From a virus (taxonomy: Duplodnaviria > Caudoviricetes), in the IMG/VR virus record IMGVR_UViG_3300021400_001310, positions 32,001 to 96,000 of that record: 64,000 nt of DNA; one strand, 5' to 3'. Under the pieces are notes generated by a model. It was not told where the DNA came from. It did not search any database and worked only from the letters and a program-made list of their open reading frames with translations. Positions 11,193 through 19,725 of the stretch are shown here, one piece after another. Position 1 is the stretch's first letter, and each line of letters starts with the position of its first letter. The translations under genes were made by a program, and so were the position numbers.

Positions 11193-12431
11193 ATGGATAT
11201 GACTTTGTATGCACTGTTGAAGAAAATAATCAGAGACAGTGCAGTTACAGTTGATGATACGGTAAGCGATGTAAGTATAAATCCTGTTCAGAACAAAGTT
11301 ATTAAAGATTACATAGATTCTGAAGGCGAGCTGCTTGAATCAAACATAAATACAATAAACTCAAAAATTCCAACACAAGCAAGTTCAGACAATCAGCTTG
11401 CAGATAAAGACTTTGTTAATTCGTCAATTTCGACAGCAACGGCGACATTTAGAGGAACGTTTACAAATGTAGCGGAGTTGCAGGCAACAGATGGTGACAA
11501 AAACGATTATGCGTTTTATTCTCACACAGATAGCGCAGGTAATAGAATATTTGGAAGATATAAATATGTGGGTATCCCTGAAACGCGAGTACCCGAAGGA
11601 TATACTGAATTATATTCAATAGGTCGGTCACGTAATTCAACGGGATATATAAATACAGGCGTAACGATAAAAAGTAATTATAGTATTTACGCAAAAATAA
11701 ATTTTACTGGAAATAACTATTATATATCACCAATTTTCTTTGGAGCAAAAGATTCTCAGGATAAAAGAATATTTTTGTATAGGGATAGAGACAAAAGCGA
11801 TTTTCCACTTATATGTAATTCTATTTATCATCGTAACTTAACGTCTTATGCTAACGGTGAAAGAATATTTGAAATAAAAAATAACAAATATTACATAGAT
11901 AATTCTTTTATAGCTTCAATAAATATTCCTGATATTGAAGACGGTACTCCTTGTTATTTGTTTGGTATGAACTCCAACGGGGTCATTCAAACAACAAGTG
12001 GTACTAATGACGGAACGACTTTTTCAATTTGTGCGTTTAAGGTTTGGGATAACAACGATAATTTAATTTTAGACCTTGTCCCTTGCAAAAATCAAGAAAA
12101 TCGAGCAGGAATGTATGATGTTGTAAGCAATCAGTTTTTCAGCTCGCCAAATAACATACTCTTTACTGAAACCCCTCTTTCAACCGATAAATGGGCTTAT
12201 GAATACAGCTTAAACAATTCAAGCTTTACGTCTGAGCAGTGGGCGGCAGTAAATAGTGGATTGACTGACAAAATAACTAATGTTGGGTATAAATCAAATG
12301 CCACACAGGTTTTAAAAAACGTTAATGGCACATTACAATGGACTGATTCTGAGTCCGATGGCACGGTTGCCGCAGTTAAATCAGTTTATGAAAATTTCTA
12401 TATAGGAGATGATAATAATGGCAACACTTGA
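11193..12431 (+). CDS. Tail fibre / receptor-binding protein (concanavalin/LamG-like domain)
   Basis: S.NPVQNKVI fibre motif; YINTG...LILDLVPC...GMYDVVS lectin-like pattern. Confidence 0.6.
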   Translation: MDMTLYALLKKIIRDSAVTVDDTVSDVSINPVQNKVIKDYIDSEGELLESNINTINSKIPTQASSDNQLADKDFVNSSISTATATFRGTFTNVAELQATDGDKNDYAFYSHTDSAGNRIFGRYKYVGIPETRVPEGYTELYSIGRSRNSTGYINTGVTIKSNYSIYAKINFTGNNYYISPIFFGAKDSQDKRIFLYRDRDKSDFPLICNSIYHRNLTSYANGERIFEIKNNKYYIDNSFIASINIPDIEDGTPCYLFGMNSNGVIQTTSGTNDGTTFSICAFKVWDNNDNLILDLVPCKNQENRAGMYDVVSNQFFSSPNNILFTETPLSTDKWAYEYSLNNSSFTSEQWAAVNSGLTDKITNVGYKSNATQVLKNVNGTLQWTDSESDGTVAAVKSVYENFYIGDDNNGNT

Positions 12432-13638
12432 ACAGATAGCACAGGCTCAGACCAATTTCCTCGGTGAGCTTAAAAATAATCTCGATATGGTTGTTTCAGC
12501 CGCAAACAGGGTTTACAGCTACACTCATGAAGCAATCGTAACAGACGACCTTGAAAAAGACTATCAGGATATAATCACGGCAAATCCCGACCTTGCAAAC
12601 GTTTCCGCCGTAGGTCTGCTGGCGATTCTTAAAGACGGCGACACGGTTACAACTCATGGCAACCGTATGTTTATCAACGGCATTGAGGAACAGACAGATT
12701 ACTCTTTCAGCGGCGAAAATTCTCAAAATGGAATCGAATTTATAAAAGTATGGTATTTTGAGAATGAAGAGCCAATCACATTACAAGGTGATTGTCCGTT
12801 TGATATTTCAGTCTTAGAGTATAAAGTAAAAACAAATGCGCCAAATATGTCAGAATCTTACAAATCTGCTCAGACTGTAATAAGTGATGGTAATTATAAT
12901 ATTAGTGGTAATTGCATAAAAAATATGGTTTTTAAGAATAATGATAGCTCAAATGTTATTGAAAATATTATGGATTTTTATAGCGAGCAAGAGCATATTT
13001 CATCCAATCGAAACATATTTGGACTAAACAAGCCAATTAGCAATATTATATTACCTAATGTAGAGTCGATTTCAAATGGTTGGGTTGATGATGGTATGTT
13101 CAAATCCTGTAAAGCAAATATATATTTTCCAAAACTTAAAAGTGTTTCGGGGATATCGACATATACTAAATGTGCTTTTGTAGACAACGGAGTAATGACT
13201 ATAATTTTACCAATAACGGTAGAACGTATTGGTATATATAGTTTTTCTGGTAATTTTAAGTTATTAAGATTAGACTGTAAAGATGCCAAGGTAATAAATG
13301 ACAACTGGTGTATTAATGCGCAATCAAATTTTCAGATGTGCGATGATTGGGGCGCATCAATAAACATTAAAACAGCGGCGGCTAAATGGACAACGCAGAA
13401 CTTCATCGACCTTTTATCTAATAAAGACCGATTAAGAAATGTTGGTTTTGATATTGCTGACAATAATGGCGATGCAGACTATGATTCTGCAACTGGTAAA
13501 TATGTTATAAATCTTGAAAAAACTGGAGCCTATCAAACGAAAAGATATATTACTATACCACAAAGCATGCTGTCGTCTTTGGATTCAGAAACACTTGATG
13601 TGGCGTTCCAAAAAGGTTGGAAAGTTCAAGGAGGTTAA
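12418..13638 (+). CDS. Tail-associated protein with BspA-like leucine-rich repeats
   Basis: LPNVESI, FPKLKSV, LPITVERIG..SF repeats; GGAG RBS before ATG 12418. Confidence 0.55.
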   Translation: MATLEQIAQAQTNFLGELKNNLDMVVSAANRVYSYTHEAIVTDDLEKDYQDIITANPDLANVSAVGLLAILKDGDTVTTHGNRMFINGIEEQTDYSFSGENSQNGIEFIKVWYFENEEPITLQGDCPFDISVLEYKVKTNAPNMSESYKSAQTVISDGNYNISGNCIKNMVFKNNDSSNVIENIMDFYSEQEHISSNRNIFGLNKPISNIILPNVESISNGWVDDGMFKSCKANIYFPKLKSVSGISTYTKCAFVDNGVMTIILPITVERIGIYSFSGNFKLLRLDCKDAKVINDNWCINAQSNFQMCDDWGASINIKTAAAKWTTQNFIDLLSNKDRLRNVGFDIADNNGDADYDSATGKYVINLEKTGAYQTKRYITIPQSMLSSLDSETLDVAFQKGWKVQGG

Positions 13639-13640
13639 TT

Positions 13641-13931
13641 ATGAATTATCACGAGTTAAACGAACTTTTTTATCAAACAAATGATGGATTTGTTTTTAAA
13701 GACAAACGCAATCATTCTATTTGTACTACAATTTTAAAAGCATTTGTTAAAGGTTATGACTGTATCCCTGCTCCTGAGCCGCAACCTGAGCCGCAACCAG
13801 AACCAGAACCTGCTTCTCTTGAAGAAAGAGTTCAAAAGCTTGAAGAGGACAAAGAACCTCTGGAAGCTCAAGTTACGTTCACAGCAGTAATGACAGACAC
13901 TTTACTTGACGAAGAAGAGGATGAAGAATAA
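13641..13931 (+). CDS. XkdW-like fibre chaperone with PEPQ repeats
   Basis: GGAGG RBS; (PEPQ/PEPE)n linker then coiled coil; adjacent to XkdX-like ORF. Confidence 0.5.
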   Translation: MNYHELNELFYQTNDGFVFKDKRNHSICTTILKAFVKGYDCIPAPEPQPEPQPEPEPASLEERVQKLEEDKEPLEAQVTFTAVMTDTLLDEEEDEE

Positions 13932-14068
13932 TGAGAGCTATTGTTCGTAAATTTAGAAACTGGTTTTTAAAAGGTATTTATCACCTTGTAGATATTCAAA
14001 AACTTTATGATAACGGTAAGATTACCGCTGAGGAATTTGAGTATATTACCGGTGAGCCAGTAGAATAA
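13931..14068 (+). CDS. XkdX-family small protein (absent from ORF track)
   Basis: MRAIVRKFRNWFLKGIYHLVDIQKLYDNGKITAEEFEYITGEPVE; GKIT.EEF..ITGE signature; TAATG coupling to upstream gene. Confidence 0.75.
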   Translation: MRAIVRKFRNWFLKGIYHLVDIQKLYDNGKITAEEFEYITGEPVE

Positions 14069-14090
14069 AAATGAGAAAGAAAGGAATATT

Positions 14091-14279
14091 ATGGACAAAC
14101 CTATATCAATTTTAAGAGCGGACTTCATTAACGATTTCCGCTCTTTAATTAATGAGAGTAATTTATCTCCTTATATTATAGAGCCTATATTAGATAAGGC
14201 ATTACAGGATATAAGGAGTTTAATAAATCAGCAATACGAACATGATTTAAAAATTTATCAAGAAGAACATAATAAATAG
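14091..14279 (+). CDS. Hypothetical protein
   Basis: AAGGA RBS, in operon. Confidence 0.6.
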   Translation: MDKPISILRADFINDFRSLINESNLSPYIIEPILDKALQDIRSLINQQYEHDLKIYQEEHNK

Positions 14280-14302
14280 TCTGTCATAAATAAGGAGGCA
14301 GT

Positions 14303-14497
14303 ATGTACGAATTAATAAAAAGAAGCGATAGACAAAACAGTGAAACGCATGAGTATTATTGCGATACAACAAGTGATTTACAGAATATAGACGTTTCAAA
14401 AGTTCCTATGGGGAGCGTGGCATTTATTATTAACCCTTCTGATAATGAAGAGAAACTTTATATGCTCACATCGGACAAGCAATGGATTGCACAATGA
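14303..14497 (+). CDS. Hypothetical protein
   Basis: AGGAGG RBS. Confidence 0.6.
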   Translation: MYELIKRSDRQNSETHEYYCDTTSDLQNIDVSKVPMGSVAFIINPSDNEEKLYMLTSDKQWIAQ

Positions 14498-14627
14498 TTT
14501 TCTAAATAGTCTTTATGAAGGGTGTGATAAAAATGTTTGTAGCTTTATTATATAATATTGCAAATTTAGTAGGGCTATATAGCTGTTTTGCAGCAGTTAC
14601 AATAGCCAAGCTCACTGGGGCGATCTC

Positions 14628-14963
14628 ATGAAAGATTTTATTATTAAATACTGGCTTGAGGTGCTATTCGGTATAGTTGTAATGCTATTAACGGCAGCAG
14701 TCAAGCAACTTTTTAAAAAATTAAAAGAAGAAAAAGAAGATTATGAATCAATTAAATATGGCATGCTTTCTTTGCTTCGTGCAGAACTAATAAGAAGCGG
14801 TGAAAAGTATCTTGAACAAGGATGGATTTCAATTTATGCGAGAGAGGCTTTTGAAAAAGCGTATAGCGCATATCACGGTCTTGGGGGAAATGGTACAATA
14901 ACAAAATTATATGAAGATGTTATGGAGCTTCCTATTATAAATCCGTCGAAGAAAGAAGGCTAA
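14628..14963 (+). CDS. Holin-like / lysis membrane protein
   Basis: N-terminal TM helix, LLRAEL and Y.AYHGLGGNG motifs; directly before endolysin. Confidence 0.6.
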   Translation: MKDFIIKYWLEVLFGIVVMLLTAAVKQLFKKLKEEKEDYESIKYGMLSLLRAELIRSGEKYLEQGWISIYAREAFEKAYSAYHGLGGNGTITKLYEDVMELPIINPSKKEG

Positions 14964-15031
14964 CAATTAAATATCGTTATAAAAAAAGGGACTGTGGCAA
15001 ACAGTCCCTCGTTGCATTTAAGGAGGATTTT

Positions 15032-15871
15032 ATGGGTAATAATTATGCAATATATCCATTTAAAAATTTGAGAATTACACAAACATACAGTGGAGCCACT
15101 TCACATAAACCACATACTACAGGTTCGCCGAAAGATTATCCTGTAGACGAAGGTGGATTAAATACAGGTAAAGAATCTTGTTTTTGTCCGTGTGATGAGA
15201 TAGTTGTAATAAGAGTATACGGAGTAGGTAATCGTGGCGTAAATACAATATTCTGGGAATCTACGACACCTTGCAGTCTTGCAGATGGTACTACAGATTA
15301 TTTATGTGGTATGTTTACACATACTGTAGATTCTGATTTGAAAGGTATTAAAGCTGGTACAAAATTCAAGAGAGGTCAGATCGTTTGTAAGGAAGGAACC
15401 GACGGTGGTGTCGGCATGCACTTACATATGAGTTTCGGCAAAGGTAAACTTACTGGTAACGGTTGGACTTGCAATACAAAAGGTAAGTATGTTCTGACCT
15501 GTACACATGGCACTTTTAAGCCAGAGCAATTATTATATATTGATGATAAATTTACCACAGTCAAAGATACCAAAGGCTTAAAATTTAAAACAATACCCAA
15601 GACACCTGCTACTACAGGATATAAGCTTGGAGAATATAAGGTTAATACGGCATTACTTAGAGTACGTAAAGGTGCAGGCACTCTTTATGGTAAGAAAACA
15701 TTCAACCAATTGACAGCCAATGCTCAGGTTCAGATTAAAAAGCTTAATAACGGGAAACCTGCAGATGGATTAGTTAAAGGATGCACTTGTACAGTAACTA
15801 AAGTATCAAATAAAAACTGGGGAAAAATCCCCTCTGGTTGGATTTGTTTAGACTATTGCAAGAAGGTGTGA
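15032..15871 (+). CDS. Endolysin, M23-like peptidase plus SH3-like cell-wall-binding domain
   Basis: H..YPVD and HLH Zn motifs; LRVRKGAG...WGKIPSGWICLDY C-terminus. Confidence 0.75.
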   Translation: MGNNYAIYPFKNLRITQTYSGATSHKPHTTGSPKDYPVDEGGLNTGKESCFCPCDEIVVIRVYGVGNRGVNTIFWESTTPCSLADGTTDYLCGMFTHTVDSDLKGIKAGTKFKRGQIVCKEGTDGGVGMHLHMSFGKGKLTGNGWTCNTKGKYVLTCTHGTFKPEQLLYIDDKFTTVKDTKGLKFKTIPKTPATTGYKLGEYKVNTALLRVRKGAGTLYGKKTFNQLTANAQVQIKKLNNGKPADGLVKGCTCTVTKVSNKNWGKIPSGWICLDYCKKV

Positions 15872-15875
15872 TTTT

Positions 15876-16250
15876 ATGAAGAAGTTTCTTAACAGATTTA
15901 AACGCTTATTTAAAACTAAAAAGCGTGAGTTTTCAAAAGGAATTTGTGCGGTAACAGTAGCAGTATTTACTATTGTTGCACTATTCTCAATAATAGATTT
16001 TCATAGACTGCAAACATTGGCAATAGAAATGAATGCCGCAAGTATGCCAACCCCAGAGGTTCCCGTTAGACTGATTGAATGTGTAGTAGTGGTCATACTT
16101 GGATATTGCGGATACCAGCTTGGACTCAAAGGTAGTCGTAATCGATACGGAATTGACGAGACAGGAGTACCTTATTCTGAGCGTATTAAAGAAATATATG
16201 AATCAATTAAAAATGAAAACAACGAAAGTGAGGATGAAATAAGTGGATAA
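15876..16250 (+). CDS. Membrane protein (lysis module)
   Basis: Two TM segments. Confidence 0.55.
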   Translation: MKKFLNRFKRLFKTKKREFSKGICAVTVAVFTIVALFSIIDFHRLQTLAIEMNAASMPTPEVPVRLIECVVVVILGYCGYQLGLKGSRNRYGIDETGVPYSERIKEIYESIKNENNESEDEISG

Positions 16251-16578
16251 AACTACGATTTTATTAATTGTTGAAGCGGTCGCTTTACTGGTCGCATTTC
16301 TGATTAGCAAATTTTTACCTGTAACAAAACTGGAAGTTTTAGATACAGGCTTAGAATCAACTTCCAATATTGTCCAAGAAATTGCACAGTGGGCAGTATT
16401 CTTTGTCCACTATGCTCGTCAGCATTTAAAAGAACTGAACGGTTCGGATAAGATGAAATATGTTGTTGAACAGCTCGGCAAGATACTAAGTCAGCAAGAT
16501 CAGAGTATGTCCGAAGAGCAGATTACGGCGATAGCTCAAAAGGCGTATGATGATATGAAGGCAGAAAATAAAGAATAA
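16243..16578 (+). CDS. Holin (LL-H-like)
   Basis: N-terminal TM, G.DKM.YV and QI..I...AY..MK pattern. Confidence 0.6.
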   Translation: MDKTTILLIVEAVALLVAFLISKFLPVTKLEVLDTGLESTSNIVQEIAQWAVFFVHYARQHLKELNGSDKMKYVVEQLGKILSQQDQSMSEEQITAIAQKAYDDMKAENKE

Positions 16579-16585
16579 AATAGTT

Positions 16586-16617
16586 TAGGCGAAGCAATTA
16601 AGCTTCGCCTATTTTTT
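16586..16617 (+). terminator. Intrinsic terminator of the late operon
   Basis: TAGGCGAAGC-AATTAA-GCTTCGCCTA followed by T-tract. Confidence 0.8.
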
Positions 16618-16736
16618 CTGATTTCCACTTTATACATTCTTTCATATAACTAATATTTTAATTGTATTAAAGAATATATAAAATAACGTTTTGATTGATT
16701 GTTTTAGGTTTTAATTTTTAAGATTTACTAATGATT

Positions 16737-17113
16737 TTCTAACACATTTTTGCAGAGACTTTCTAACACTTTTCTAACAAAAATGCAAGCTTTCTGCAAA
16801 GCTATAAAAATTTAAGGCTTTTTTATCTGCATTTTCACCAAATTTTAAGCGTCGATTAAACGATTTGATGTTAAGAATGACTAAAAAATACTGCTTAAAA
16901 AATAGGACATATTTCTCCAAAACCGCGTGCCGAGGGTTCAAGTCCTTCTGCCCCTGCCATAAAAAGCCTTGAAAACTAAGGGTTTTCGAGGTTTTTTTAT
17001 TTGCTTTCTAACAGCTTAAAAGTACCTTTCTAACACTTTTCTAACACAATTTCGCAGTATTATTATTTTTCTTCTAACGTTTTCTAACACTTTCTAACAA
17101 AAACTTTCTAACA
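16737..17113 (+). repeat. Ten direct TTCTAAC(A) repeats, probable integrase arm-type sites
   Basis: Copies at 16737, 16761, 16772, 17006, 17028, 17039, 17072, 17082, 17092, 17106 flanking the att core. Confidence 0.8.
16914..16959 (+). mobile_element. attP core = 3' half of tRNA-Trp(CCA)
   Basis: TCTCCAAAACC anticodon region, GGTTCAAGTCC T-arm, GCCCCTGCCA end; 5' half absent; next to integrase. Confidence 0.85.
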
Positions 17114-17115
17114 GA

Positions 17116-18252
17116 TTACTTAATCTCAATCATTTCGTCTATAGCAGATGCTACCTTTTTTTGTCTTTCAGCATTTGTATGGGCGTAGAAATTGAATGTT
17201 GTAGTCGGACTGCTGTGCCCTAACCAGTCAGCAATACTTACTATAGGAACATTTTCTGCACACAAATTACTTGCCGTACTGTGACGTAAGTCATGGAATC
17301 TTACAACAGGGAGACTACTGTTAACCAAAATTTTATGGAACTGCTTCGTTAAATAATTTGGAAGAATTACTCGCCCGTCAGCCCATGTGCAAACATAATC
17401 TGATTTAATATAATGATCTCCCATTATCTTTGAACGTTCCTCTTGTTGCGCCTTCTGTTCCTTAAGAATCTTATAAGCGCTTTTGGTTAATGGCAATGTT
17501 CTATAACTACTTTCATTCTTTGGTAAGTCGGTATAACTACCTCCAGTATTTTGCTGCAATGTTTCTGAAATAGTTATAGTTCTTTTTTTAAAATCTATGC
17601 TACCCCATTTTAATCCCAAAACCTCACTTCGTCTAAAGCCATAGATAGAACATAACTGAACTGGTAATTCAATTACGCTGCCTTTCATAACGATTAATAG
17701 TTGCTCAAGTTGTTTGGGTGTAAGAAAATTAGCCTTGAATTTATCTGGTTTTGGTGGTCTGGCGGCAAATGCTGGATTAGAACTAATCAGCCCAGAGTGA
17801 ACTGCATCTGACAACGCCTTGCTTATGTTTTGATGATGATGCTTGACAGAGGATTTAGATAAACCACTTTTTACCATTGAATCATAATATGCTTCCAAAT
17901 TAATTGGACATAACTGCTGGAGCTTGGTTTTGTTATCCCTAAAGTACGGAATTATATGTTTCTCCATATTGCCTTTATATCCACGATAAGTATTCGGTCT
18001 TACCTTATCTTTAATCTCGGTCAACCAGAGTTCAAAATAATCAGCCACAAAAATATCTATCCCATTATCATCGGTGTTTTGGGAGTATTTTATGATCTGT
18101 TGTTCTAAAAACTTCTCTGCTTTCTTTTTGTTTCCTCTAACCGGCAAGCCACTATTAATCCATTTCTGTTTACGATTTCCTCTAACATCCTGTAAGTTTA
18201 ACACGGCATAAAACACGCCGCTTTTAGCTTGTACGCTTCCTGTAATAGCCAA
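17116..18252 (-). CDS. int: Tyrosine integrase
   Basis: GFRRSEVLGL, RFHDLRH, LGHS, FYAH catalytic residues; arm-binding N-terminus. Confidence 0.95.
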   Translation of the reverse strand: MAITGSVQAKSGVFYAVLNLQDVRGNRKQKWINSGLPVRGNKKKAEKFLEQQIIKYSQNTDDNGIDIFVADYFELWLTEIKDKVRPNTYRGYKGNMEKHIIPYFRDNKTKLQQLCPINLEAYYDSMVKSGLSKSSVKHHHQNISKALSDAVHSGLISSNPAFAARPPKPDKFKANFLTPKQLEQLLIVMKGSVIELPVQLCSIYGFRRSEVLGLKWGSIDFKKRTITISETLQQNTGGSYTDLPKNESSYRTLPLTKSAYKILKEQKAQQEERSKIMGDHYIKSDYVCTWADGRVILPNYLTKQFHKILVNSSLPVVRFHDLRHSTASNLCAENVPIVSIADWLGHSSPTTTFNFYAHTNAERQKKVASAIDEMIEIK

Positions 18253-18342
18253 TTAATACTTCTCCTTTCGTGGCTAAAACAATCAATCAAACGTAGGTAT
18301 ATTATATCATACCTTATGTATTCATTTTTTCGCAATAAGAAA

Positions 18343-18528
18343 TTACGCTTTATTCTCTGCACTATTCAAAAAATTAATTACATATTGTTTCGGTACAATA
18401 TATTTTTTACCTACTTTGATCGACTTTATTATTTCATTTTTTAATAGAGTATAAACTGTATTCTTTCCAAGTCTTAGCATTTGCTGAATTTCTTCCACAC
18501 TAACTACGTCTGGATATTCTTGAAACAT
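18343..18528 (-). CDS. Excisionase-like HTH protein
   Basis: 61 aa HTH_17-like; upstream of integrase. Confidence 0.8.
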   Translation of the reverse strand: MFQEYPDVVSVEEIQQMLRLGKNTVYTLLKNEIIKSIKVGKKYIVPKQYVINFLNSAENKA

Positions 18529-18579
18529 TATTACACCTCTTTAATCGTTTTATAGGGCGGATTAACCGCCCTATTTTTT

Positions 18580-19116
18580 TTATTTGTTTTTCTTTAATAT
18601 CTGTAAAACATCATTTACGACATTATCGTATCCTTGTTGGTTGCCTTGAAGTAGCTTATAATCTATATGGAATTTCTCTAAAAGATAATACATAGAGTTT
18701 TCAATCTTCTGAGCTTCCTTTTCAGTATGCATCCTTCCAATGGGATTATACGGTTTATCTCTTCTAACAAAGTAATTTATATTATCATATGTATTGAACG
18801 TTTTAAGAACAAATGAAACTAATTCTTCCTGAACGTTCATATCTGGATTATATACGATTGAAAGCGGCAACGGAGAGTCGGTTATTATCACATCGACATC
18901 ATCTTTACAACGAGATAATCTGTATGACTGTTCTCCAAATATATACGCTTGGTTTTGAAATGGAGCCTCAGCCTTTTCCCAAGTTTTGTCTTTTGCAAAC
19001 TCTGTTACCAGTTCGGCATTGATTCCTGCCATTTTTAATTTCGCAAAAATATATGCAGCTCCCGTTGACTTGCCAGCACCGGGAGCACCGAATAGATTTA
19101 CAACTAAAGTGCTAAT
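18580..19116 (-). CDS. P-loop ATPase/kinase (NadR/AAA_28-like); probable ATT start
   Basis: Walker A GAPGAGKST lies upstream of the ORF-track start; ITDSPL Walker B; GGAGTG RBS before ATT 19116. Confidence 0.75.
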   Translation of the reverse strand: MSTLVVNLFGAPGAGKSTGAAYIFAKLKMAGINAELVTEFAKDKTWEKAEAPFQNQAYIFGEQSYRLSRCKDDVDVIITDSPLPLSIVYNPDMNVQEELVSFVLKTFNTYDNINYFVRRDKPYNPIGRMHTEKEAQKIENSMYYLLEKFHIDYKLLQGNQQGYDNVVNDVLQILKKNK

Positions 19117-19120
19117 TATA

Positions 19121-19297
19121 TCACTCCCATTCTTTTATTATATCTAAAAGTTTTTTCAAAGATATTGATTTTCCGTCAAGCTTAAATTTATATCCCGCCC
19201 TTGACATATCTTTTAGCTGAGGTGGTAATGGAACGCACGATTTCTCGTGACATTCCATCATTCCGACTCCAAATGAATTAAATATTTCAAACTTCAT
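19121..19297 (-). CDS. Hypothetical 58-aa protein (absent from ORF track)
   Basis: MKFEIFNSFGVGMMECHEKSCVP...; fills the gap within the operon. Confidence 0.5.
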   Translation of the reverse strand: MKFEIFNSFGVGMMECHEKSCVPLPPQLKDMSRAGYKFKLDGKSISLKKLLDIIKEWE

Positions 19298-19517
19298 CGC
19301 TATTATTCTCTGTTTTATTAGAACCGCCCATCTTCATCTTACTTTCATTACAGTAATTAATTACAGATTCAAGACGTTCTTCTATGGTTTTATCTTCATC
19401 TTTTGCGTGCCTTAGAACATCATTGATTGCCAATAATGATCCGAGTTTTAAACCTTTAAGATATCGATCAGTTAATCTTTTTTTATCAGCCTTTTCTCTT
19501 AAAACCTTATTAACCAT
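19287..19517 (-). CDS. Hypothetical protein
   Basis: AAGGAG RBS, in operon. Confidence 0.55.
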   Translation of the reverse strand: MVNKVLREKADKKRLTDRYLKGLKLGSLLAINDVLRHAKDEDKTIEERLESVINYCNESKMKMGGSNKTENNSDEV

Positions 19518-19521
19518 TACT

Positions 19522-19725
19522 TTACTCCTTTTCTTCTATTGCGTTCCACAACCCACATGGACATAATCCCGGTTGATTTCTTTTTATTTGATTACTAAAT
19601 ATTTTACAAATACACTTTGTATCTTCTGACTTTTCCACCTGACAAGGGCAGTAACCATTATTAGCCTTTAACGCTGACCTTATTTGATCAACCTTCTTAC
19701 TATCAGTATTAAGTTTGACTATCAT
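19522..19725 (-). CDS. Ferredoxin-thioredoxin reductase catalytic-subunit-like protein
   Basis: GYCPC, CIC, CPCGL triple CxC motifs. Confidence 0.7.
   Translation of the reverse strand: MIVKLNTDSKKVDQIRSALKANNGYCPCQVEKSEDTKCICKIFSNQIKRNQPGLCPCGLWNAIEEKE

Noticed and set aside
16914-16959. Functional tRNA-Trp
   Set aside because: 5' half missing; interpreted as the att core
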